From: an uncultured Candidatus Saccharibacteria bacterium
GTDB lineage: Bacteria; Patescibacteriota; Minisyncoccia; Phycocordibacterales; UBA9973
DNA: 33,807 nt
Assembly (NCBI GenBank): GCA_964419555.1
Contig: CAYQPS010000001.1
Coordinates: forward strand, 1 to 33,807
Direction: 5' to 3'
Positions 1 through 6,351 of this stretch are shown piece after piece (position 1 is the first letter of the stretch; each line of letters opens with the position of its first letter). The notes under the pieces were generated by a model. The model worked only from the letters and a program-made list of their open reading frames with translations, was not told the origin of the DNA and did not search any database. The translations under genes were made by a program, and so were the position numbers.

Positions 1-36
1 ATATAGTCCACACTTCTAGTAATAGAAGACAAAGTG

Positions 37-77
37 TAAGCGATTGGTCGTAGGTTCGATCCCTACCCCCGGAGCCC
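37..77 (+). tRNA. Orphan 3' half of a tRNA (Asn-like); the 5' half is absent, so this is probably an att-site remnant
   Basis: The fragment reads anticodon-stem 3' strand GCGAT (40-44), variable loop TGGTC (45-49), T-stem GTAGG (50-54), T-loop TTCGATC (55-61), CCTAC (62-66), acceptor 3' strand CCCCGGA (67-73), discriminator G74, then CCC. Nt 1-36 cannot form D or anticodon arms. A72 + G73 and the GGTCGTAGGTTCGA string resemble bacterial tRNA-Asn as I remember it. Confidence 0.55.
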
Positions 78-1610
78 AATTGGAGAGACAGGCGTCAAAT
101 CGCCTGTTTTCTCTTGTGCAGTAAACATTTTATCTAGTTCGTAATCTTGATTTAGCTTTGGCATCCAGTTTGTTAAGTATTCAGCGGCTAAAGTAAATTT
201 AGGCTTTATTTTATAACCATCCTGTGTAAGGTTCGTAAAAATTTGTGAAAGTAGTAGCCGTTTGTCATCTACGCTTGCTTGCTGATATATTTCTCGAGCA
301 TAGAACGCTAGGCGATGCATGGCTATCCGTAATTCTTTATATGAATCACTCTGCTCACTTACATTAGCTAACGCGGTTTTCAAACTTTCTTCTTCTTCCA
401 AACACTCGTCAATTTTTCTATCACAAAAATCTAATGGCACAGTCTGGTCAATTTTAGCTTCATAATATTTATCTTTGCTCTGGCGAACTTTAGCAAGCAA
501 AGTGTTTAGTCGGGCTGTTTCTACTTCTCTAGTTTTATTATCTTCTTCGAATTCGCTTTTTATAACCCCTTCTATCCAAGAGAGCATTCCGTGACTTTTA
601 GGAGCTATTTGTGCGAAATAGTCTAATATCTGCTCTTCCACTAATTCCTCACGAATGTAGGTCTTTTTGGAGCATTTGCGGGATATTCCGTGGTTATGGC
701 AATGGCCATACCAATGACCTTTTTGTGTTTCCCATGTCAGGGTTCCATTACAATGTTCACAGCGTATTTTACCCTTAAAGATTGAATTGTGTTTCGTAAG
801 ATACGGCTTATTCATTTGTCTTTTCAAATTTACCTGAACCTTATCAAATAAATCCTTAGAAATTATCGCCTCATGTGATGCATCATAAATAACTCCATTC
901 CAACGCATCTTCCCGTAATAAAAAGGGTCGGTGAGCAAAGAGTGAATCCGATTACCCATCAACCTTTTTCCGCTCCGAGTGCGCAATCCCAAGTTATACA
1001 TTTCAATTTCTAAACGAGACAAAGAAGAGTTTCCGGTAGCGTACATTTCAAACATTCTGCGAAGAAGTCCTGCGTCTGAAGTTTGTTTGTGAACTTTGTG
1101 TCCTTTTTCTCCCTTCGATTCATATCCTAGCGGTGGCTTAGTTGGTAACTGCCCTTGAGCAATTTTTTCTTTTTGACCTTTTTTCACTTCTTCGGATAAA
1201 TTATTTATATATTTCCTTGCAATAACTATCTCGATATCCCATCGGAATTTTTCATCTGATTTTGAATTTTTATGCATTATCAGATTGTTTTTAACAAAGT
1301 GTATTTGCCGGTCAGGTAATTCGTCTATCCAATCATTTGCAATAACTGCATCTTTTAAATTCCTTGTGAGTCTATCGACTTTTTCACAGAGTAAAATATT
1401 TATATTATTCTTTTTCATAAACAACATCATCTCATCAAAAATTTTTCTCTGTTTCGTTCCACTAGAAGATTCAGCAATTGAAAAAACTTTTACAATGTGT
1501 AATTCCTTTCTCTGTGCATATTCTTTAAGTAGCTTCTCTTGAGAGGGTAAAGAATATCCTGTTTCTTCTTGCTCTCTTGAGGAAACTCTCGCATAGATTA
1601 CTGCTTTCAT
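63..1610 (-). CDS. Large serine recombinase (integrase)
   Basis: The N-terminus MKAVIYARVSSREQ is the resolvase catalytic-Ser motif. A recombinase domain, a Zn-ribbon (CEHCNGTLTWETQKGHWYGHCHNH) and a C-terminal coiled-coil region follow. Length 515 aa. The start overlaps the upstream ORF stop (ATGA). Confidence 0.9.
   Translation of the reverse strand: MKAVIYARVSSREQEETGYSLPSQEKLLKEYAQRKELHIVKVFSIAESSSGTKQRKIFDEMMLFMKKNNINILLCEKVDRLTRNLKDAVIANDWIDELPDRQIHFVKNNLIMHKNSKSDEKFRWDIEIVIARKYINNLSEEVKKGQKEKIAQGQLPTKPPLGYESKGEKGHKVHKQTSDAGLLRRMFEMYATGNSSLSRLEIEMYNLGLRTRSGKRLMGNRIHSLLTDPFYYGKMRWNGVIYDASHEAIISKDLFDKVQVNLKRQMNKPYLTKHNSIFKGKIRCEHCNGTLTWETQKGHWYGHCHNHGISRKCSKKTYIREELVEEQILDYFAQIAPKSHGMLSWIEGVIKSEFEEDNKTREVETARLNTLLAKVRQSKDKYYEAKIDQTVPLDFCDRKIDECLEEEESLKTALANVSEQSDSYKELRIAMHRLAFYAREIYQQASVDDKRLLLSQIFTNLTQDGYKIKPKFTLAAEYLTNWMPKLNQDYELDKMFTAQEKTGDLTPVSPIGLRG
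88..115 (+). terminator. Rho-independent terminator downstream of the tRNA fragment
   Basis: Stem ACAGGCG (88-94) / CGCCTGT (101-107) with loop TCAAAT, followed by TTTCTCTT. It lies inside the last ~18 codons of the opposite-strand recombinase ORF. Confidence 0.6.
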
Positions 1611-2032
1611 ATATAGATATCTAACAATAAACCCATTAAAATAATAATTATAATTACAAGAGCAGTTATATATTTTCCTCTCTCTTTATAGAGTTCTTTA
1701 TAAAGGATTAAGTTCTGCGCTAAAATTAATTCCAATGACTCATTACTGCTCAGCTTTTCTCTTTTTTGTTTTTCGCCTTCAATCAAAAGTTCCGCTTGAA
1801 CTTTATATTTTAGGTTTTCTAATCTAGCTCGCTCTCTTTGTTGTTCTTGAAAACTTAATTTTTCCATACATTTCTTAATTAAATAATAAAAAGGGACAGC
1901 ATACCTGCAGTCCATAGTACCGGTAGCACAAGGCTTCCGATTATGGAGGCATGCTGCCCCTTTCTGCCCACAATCGGGCTCAAGAAGCGCAAAACCTCGT
2001 GCATATTCCGTTACTATAGACTGCGTTATCAT
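1607..2032 (-). CDS. Hypothetical protein with a Cys-rich N-terminus, a charged coiled-coil and a C-terminal TM helix
   Basis: 141-aa ORF, 8 nt downstream of the RHH stop and overlapping the recombinase start by 4 nt. C-terminal ALVIIIIILMGLLLDIYI is a TM helix. An alternative start at M56 (1867) is possible. Confidence 0.5.
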   Translation of the reverse strand: MITQSIVTEYARGFALLEPDCGQKGAACLHNRKPCATGTMDCRYAVPFYYLIKKCMEKLSFQEQQRERARLENLKYKVQAELLIEGEKQKREKLSSNESLELILAQNLILYKELYKERGKYITALVIIIIILMGLLLDIYI

Positions 2033-2040
2033 TATATCAT

Positions 2041-2184
2041 TTATTTAAGAGTAAAAAACTGCTCTAGAATTTCATTAAGTAAATCGGCCATTTTCTTTCC
2101 TGATTCGACAGCGAAAACCTTCAAAGCCTTGTGATTTGTCTTAGATATTCTTACTTGTTTTGTTGTTTCTTTAATTTGTCTCAT
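2041..2184 (-). CDS. Ribbon-helix-helix (CopG/Arc/MetJ-like) small DNA-binding protein, 47 aa (not in the ORF track)
   Basis: My own translation is MRQIKETTKQVRISKTNHKALKVFAVESGKKMADLLNEILEQFFTLK, a beta-strand (VRISK) plus two helices typical of RHH. TAAAAT (2197-2192) lies 7 nt upstream of the ATG. An in-frame ATG at 2193 is an alternative start. Confidence 0.55.
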   Translation of the reverse strand: MRQIKETTKQVRISKTNHKALKVFAVESGKKMADLLNEILEQFFTLK

Positions 2185-2194
2185 TTGTGACATT

Positions 2195-2590
2195 TTACAT
2201 TTTTGCTCGACCTTTCCCCTTGACCCCCTGTATTCCCGTGATGGGAGGAGGGTTTGGAACTCTGGGAATTTCCCGCAAAAAACTTATTTTTTAATCCTGG
2301 CCATAGCGTTGCGATGCCCCTTAGAGTTAAAGATGCTTCCGTGTCCTCACTTCAACTCCGTATACCATCCAACCTATAACTGAAATATTTCCGGTGCTGT
2401 TCATATGGCTGGGCGACAGGTCGAACCGTCGTTTCCCCAGCTACTCGCAACAACACCTGAATATCCTTTGCAAACAAGTCCAGTTTGCGTTTAAGTAAAC
2501 AACTCGGACAAGTTATTTACTTTTTTACAGAGCAAGATTTTAGTTTTACTTGATAGCCCTGACTCGCAAGGTTCTGATTAAATTTTCAAT
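2195..2590 (-). ncRNA. Candidate structured non-coding RNA of unknown class (alternatively a degraded gene relic)
   Basis: About 400 nt with no ORF of 60 aa or more. Spot counts of single 60-nt lines give 53-57% G+C, against ~23-35% in neighbouring genes. Hairpins are at 2495-2520, 2470-2488, 2408-2441 (nested) and 2324-2358. Two of them carry a single mismatch that is A.C on the plus strand but G.U on the minus strand. Confidence 0.3.
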
Positions 2591-2648
2591 GGGTTATTAA
2601 TAACCCTAAAGTGTCTTAAACTTTCTAGGCAAAGCTAAGACACTTTAG
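2591..2648 (-). terminator. Tandem hairpins ending the 60-aa ORF transcript
   Basis: A 13-bp inverted repeat CTAAAGTGTCTTA (2606-2618) / TAAGACACTTTAG (2636-2648) overlaps the stop codon. The perfect 16-nt palindrome GGGTTATTAATAACCC (2591-2606) follows. Confidence 0.5.
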
Positions 2649-2817
2649 GAGTATCAATTCTTTTTTGATTTCGTTGATTCACTTCGAAGAAAGTTAGGTA
2701 ACATTTTCCTATTTCTTGAGAGAGTTTTCCCAATTTTTCTTCAGAAGAAACAGGAAGTGAATCATTTTCTCTGTGAAGTTTTTTAAAACTATTAATTTGT
2801 TTTTCTTTTAATTCCAT
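2635..2817 (-). CDS. Hypothetical small protein (60 aa)
   Basis: The ORF is divergent from the nuclease gene and is followed by strong hairpins. I recognise no motif. Confidence 0.3.
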   Translation of the reverse strand: MELKEKQINSFKKLHRENDSLPVSSEEKLGKLSQEIGKCYLTFFEVNQRNQKRIDTPKVS

Positions 2818-2924
2818 ATTTTTGTCGCTTATATTACCCTAATTTAACGATAGCATGTGTAAAATAGGGAATATGTGGAATGAATTGCATTACGACACAT
2901 AATGACTTAGTATCAATAGATAAC

Positions 2925-2952
2925 TGTATACATTGGTATATATCTGTATACA
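2925..2952 (+). promoter_or_regulatory. Two TGTATACA palindromes 20 bp apart, bracketing an extended -10 (TGgTATATA, 2934-2942); operator-like
   Basis: TGTATACA occurs at 2925-2932 and 2945-2952. The extended -10 TGgTATATA (2934-2942) lies between them, and the nuclease start follows at 2971. Confidence 0.5.
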
Positions 2953-2970
2953 ATAATGGGGGTAAATACT

Positions 2971-4905
2971 ATGAAGATTAAACGACTGGAAATAGAAAAT
3001 GCTAGAAGTTTCAAAGAAAAAACAATCTTGAATTTTCAAGATGGAATAAATATTTTCATTGGCTCAAACGGTGGTGGCAAGAGTAATTTAATGGATATAG
3101 TTAATATTATTGTTGGATACTTTTTCATATACCCATGGCGAGAAGATAGAAGAGAAAACAACGGTGGGTTATCATATAGCATTCGAGAGAGAAGAGATAT
3201 ATTTAACCCCCTTGAACAGCAACTAGATAAAAACACTGACCTAGAAGACAAAGACCAGAAAATATCAATAACTCTCGAGGTGACAAAAGAAGATGTGGAA
3301 AATCTTAAAATGATTTTCTCGTTTAAAGAGAAACTTACTACTTTTGAGGGCAGTCGCTACAAAGCATCACACTTAGTTAATCTTTTACAGTTTAACGAAC
3401 AACTTGAAGATTATTTAGGGAAAGAATATGTTTTTGATATTGTGAATTACTCACTTAATGTTTTAAATCGTGATAATTTTTCGACAATATTCCTACAATA
3501 TCTAAATTATTTTGAGTATATATCTTTGTTAATTGAGGAATATAATAAAGCTAACAGCCCGAAGATTGACAAGCAACTTTATCCGGTACTTCTTTATTTT
3601 TCTCCTTACAGAAACTCAACTATCCAAAGTTTGAGGGTAAAACTTGCCGGGCAAGATATTTTTAACTTGAGAGATAACTATAAGGGCAATAGCTCACGCA
3701 GTACTTCTACTATATTAGAGTATGCAAATTTTTATTTTGCAGCAAAATTAAGAAGATATAAAGATAATAAGGATATCTTTCTAAAAGATAGAGAGGTTTC
3801 TTTTATAAACAAATATATCAAGAAACTAGGATATGAATACTTCGATATAAGAGTTGTCGATGAAATTAACAACGAGTATGAAATTCTTTTACATAGAGAT
3901 GGGAAGGATATCGAGGTAAGAAAGGCAAGCTCAGGTGAAAAGGAAATCATAAACTTACTTCTAGGCATATTTGCATTCAAGGTGGAAAATGGACTTGTAA
4001 TAATTGATGAACCCGAACTCCATCTTCATCCAAGATGGCAAAAAATATTTTTAACTTTATTTACAGAACTATCTAAAGATTTCGGTATTCAATTCTTAGT
4101 CATAACTCATTCTCCTCAATTTATAAATTACGAAACAATCAAAAATACCCATCGAGTTTTTAAAGAAGATGGTATGAGTAAAATTTTCCGTCCTAGCGCT
4201 GAATTAGTAGAAAAAGACGAAACAAAAGATGTATTTCAAATCATCAACAGTTCTAATAATGAAAGAATGTTTTTTGCTGATAAAGTAGTTTTGGTTGAGG
4301 GTATCGTAGACAAAATAATCTTTGATAAAATTCTTAGATTACTCCAAGAACAAAAAAATAATGTGGAAACAATCGAAATTATTGAGGTGTATGGTAAACA
4401 CAATTTTGAAAGATTTAGAAATTTTCTTAATAATTGGAAAATAAAGAACTTCACAATTGCTGATGTAGACTACGCAAAAGAACTTGATAAAAAATCTACT
4501 CTTTCATCGTTATTTCAAACTAATTATAGAAAAATGAATCAGAAAGTGAAAGAAAAAGGTAGCACTGATAGGAGTGCTTTAATAGAAAAACTAGAGAATT
4601 CTCTTTTAAAAGACTCTACTCCGGTAAAAGAAAAACTAAAAGGGGTAAAAGAATTACTAGATTATATTAAAAATAGAAACTCCTCTCTGCGTAAAGAACT
4701 CACCACCAAAGAACAGAGTCTGCTTAACAGCTTTATTCGTGCCAGTTCAAGAAAAGGAATATTTCTTCTAAGTAAAGGAGAGCTTGAAGATTATTTCAAT
4801 ATATCTCATGCAAGCATTGACGACGCTTTAGCTGTGGGTGAAGATTTGAAAATAATTAAAGACATCCCCGCTGACTTAAAATCGATTTTTAAGAAGATAA
4901 TATAG
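2971..4905 (+). CDS. ABC-type ATPase fused to a Toprim nuclease domain (OLD-family / fused PARIS AriA-AriB-like anti-phage protein)
   Basis: Motifs present are Walker A GSNGGGKSN, signature-like ASSGEKE, Walker B LVIIDEPELHLHP, H-loop ITHSP, Toprim Glu motif VVLVEGIVDKIIF and DxD (ADVDYA). I prefer the start at MKIKRLEIEN (2971), with GGGGG 8 nt upstream, over the track start at 2956. Confidence 0.8.
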   Translation: MKIKRLEIENARSFKEKTILNFQDGINIFIGSNGGGKSNLMDIVNIIVGYFFIYPWREDRRENNGGLSYSIRERRDIFNPLEQQLDKNTDLEDKDQKISITLEVTKEDVENLKMIFSFKEKLTTFEGSRYKASHLVNLLQFNEQLEDYLGKEYVFDIVNYSLNVLNRDNFSTIFLQYLNYFEYISLLIEEYNKANSPKIDKQLYPVLLYFSPYRNSTIQSLRVKLAGQDIFNLRDNYKGNSSRSTSTILEYANFYFAAKLRRYKDNKDIFLKDREVSFINKYIKKLGYEYFDIRVVDEINNEYEILLHRDGKDIEVRKASSGEKEIINLLLGIFAFKVENGLVIIDEPELHLHPRWQKIFLTLFTELSKDFGIQFLVITHSPQFINYETIKNTHRVFKEDGMSKIFRPSAELVEKDETKDVFQIINSSNNERMFFADKVVLVEGIVDKIIFDKILRLLQEQKNNVETIEIIEVYGKHNFERFRNFLNNWKIKNFTIADVDYAKELDKKSTLSSLFQTNYRKMNQKVKEKGSTDRSALIEKLENSLLKDSTPVKEKLKGVKELLDYIKNRNSSLRKELTTKEQSLLNSFIRASSRKGIFLLSKGELEDYFNISHASIDDALAVGEDLKIIKDIPADLKSIFKKII

Positions 4906-5055
4906 CTCTTAGTTAGGTCATCCCTTCCATAGATTATTTAAGAGTTTTAGGAACTGGCACCACCTAAAATCCATTTTTCAAAAGACCAAGGAGGAGAGTA
5001 CTATACCCCTTTGAGTTTACAACTCTATATACTGATGCATACTTAAATATAAAGA

Positions 5056-5106
5056 TGTATACAAAAATATACTCCTGTATATTAGCTAATCGGTAAGTGT
5101 TATAAT
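5056..5106 (+). promoter_or_regulatory. Second TGTATACA-N12-TGTATATT pair plus an extended -10 (TGtTATAAT, 5098-5106) placed 6 nt before the ATG
   Basis: TGTATACA is at 5056-5063 and TGTATATT at 5076-5083, the same 20-bp spacing as at 2925/2945. TATAAT is at 5101-5106 and the ATG at 5113. Confidence 0.5.
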
Positions 5107-5112
5107 TAGCAT

Positions 5113-5814
5113 ATGAAAGTACATATCGTCATGCATGAGAGTTTTGAAGCTCCAGGAGCCATAGAGACATGGGCTAAGAATAAGAAACACGAAATATCAT
5201 ATACAAGATTATATGCCGGAGATACTTTCCCGGAAGAATGCAATTTTGATTTCCTTGTTGTTATGGGTGGGCCACAATCCCCGGAAACAACAATTGATGA
5301 ATGCCCACATTTTGATGCTAAAAAAGAAATAGCTTTTATAAAGAAGGCTGTTGAGCAAGATAAAATTTTGCTTGGAGCATGTCTTGGAGCACAGTTTATA
5401 GGTGAGGCTCTGGGTGCACATTTCGGACATAGCCCTAATAGAGAAATAGGAGTTTTCCCTATTACTCTGACCGAGGATGGAAAACAAGACTCGATATTCT
5501 CTACTTTCCCTGATAAGTTTATGGTGGGTCATTGGCATGGTGATATGCCAGGACTTACTCCTGAATCTAAGATTCTTGCAGTAAGCGAAGGATGTCCTCG
5601 ACAGATAGTTCGCTATGCTTCAAAGATTTACGGATTCCAATGTCATTTTGAGTTTACTCCAGAAGCTATCGAAGGAATGATAGAGAATAATGCTCACGAA
5701 TTAGAACAATATAAAGACTTACCATACATACAAACTGCGGAACAACTAAGAAAAAATGATTACTCGGGAATGAATGAATTGTTATTTACTTTCTTAGATA
5801 AAATTACTAGCTAA
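5113..5814 (+). CDS. Class I glutamine amidotransferase-like protein (GuaA-type GATase domain only)
   Basis: The nucleophile elbow GACLGAQ and the downstream HFEF His/Glu region are present. Length 233 aa. Confidence 0.75.
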   Translation: MKVHIVMHESFEAPGAIETWAKNKKHEISYTRLYAGDTFPEECNFDFLVVMGGPQSPETTIDECPHFDAKKEIAFIKKAVEQDKILLGACLGAQFIGEALGAHFGHSPNREIGVFPITLTEDGKQDSIFSTFPDKFMVGHWHGDMPGLTPESKILAVSEGCPRQIVRYASKIYGFQCHFEFTPEAIEGMIENNAHELEQYKDLPYIQTAEQLRKNDYSGMNELLFTFLDKITS

Positions 5815-5818
5815 TCAC

Positions 5819-6331
5819 ATGACTAACACTGTAAATCCACTTGAATATCACTACAAGACCGGCATTAAATTAGATTACTTCATCTTGAGTGTAGACATAG
5901 CGCTGTTGGGTTGGACTATAGTAAATACCGACTGGCTTCCCAGTGGAGAAGTTTTCATATGGCTTATTGGTGTCTTTTGGGTGCTTATAATTCTATCTAT
6001 AATTTGTGGTGTTATCAGACAATTATATAATGGCATGACTTTCGGGCTAAATCATCAATATTTACAGGCCGGAGAATTAGCAAGTGTTATTGAAAGGAGT
6101 ACTTTTCAGGGCAGTGGTAAATTTGTAAATCAACAAACTGAGGAAATTATAGAAGGCGCAGAATTCAAAGAATTAGCTAGGCCTCATAGAGAAAGCGAAA
6201 AGGAAGGGAAAGAGCTTTATACAAAAATGGCCAGGAAATCAACAGTGTTCGCAAATCTTGCACTGGGTTTCTTAGTATTAGCTTTATGCTTACTTGCAGG
6301 AATAAAGATTTATATATTAACTATTAGCTAA
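5819..6331 (+). CDS. Hypothetical membrane protein (two N-terminal TM helices and one C-terminal TM helix)
   Basis: The ORF starts 4 nt after the GATase stop. Hydrophobic segments are ILSVDIALLGWTIV, FIWLIGVFWVLIILSIICGVI and ANLALGFLVLALCLLAGI. Confidence 0.6.
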   Translation: MTNTVNPLEYHYKTGIKLDYFILSVDIALLGWTIVNTDWLPSGEVFIWLIGVFWVLIILSIICGVIRQLYNGMTFGLNHQYLQAGELASVIERSTFQGSGKFVNQQTEEIIEGAEFKELARPHRESEKEGKELYTKMARKSTVFANLALGFLVLALCLLAGIKIYILTIS

Positions 6332-6351
6332 TTATTGTTTCCAATAATTTT

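Larger units (their letters stand above)
37..5055. mobile_element. Putative small integrative element (serine recombinase + RHH + defence nuclease); boundaries not defined
   Basis: A recombinase gene abuts a tRNA 3' half, the content is accessory, and the composition is mosaic (AT-rich nuclease gene, GC-rich ORF-free block). No unambiguous attL/attR pair was found by eye. Confidence 0.4.

Noticed and set aside
2296-2358. CCTGGCCATAGCG on the plus strand and ACACGGAAG / GAAGTGA on the minus strand recall 5S rRNA segments.
   Set aside because: The matches are on opposite strands, in the wrong order and in the wrong spacing for a 5S fold. There is no CCGAAC loop region and no closing helix I.
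2408-2441. The minus-strand read GGGGAAACGACGGTTCGAC looks like the universal tmRNA 5' end (GGGG-N7-GG(A)UUCGAC).
   Set aside because: Downstream on that strand I find no T-arm (GGTTCGAnTCC), no complementary acceptor 3' strand with ACCA, and no plausible Ala-initiated tag ORF ending in a hydrophobic/Ala tail. The motif is also part of a self-contained nested hairpin, and a shorter copy recurs at 2219. I kept it only as part of the unknown-RNA candidate.
4988-4994. A strong Shine-Dalgarno-like AAGGAGG in the nuclease-GATase spacer.
   Set aside because: No ATG, GTG or TTG lies within 5-12 nt downstream. The nearest TTG (5011) opens only a ~16-codon frame.
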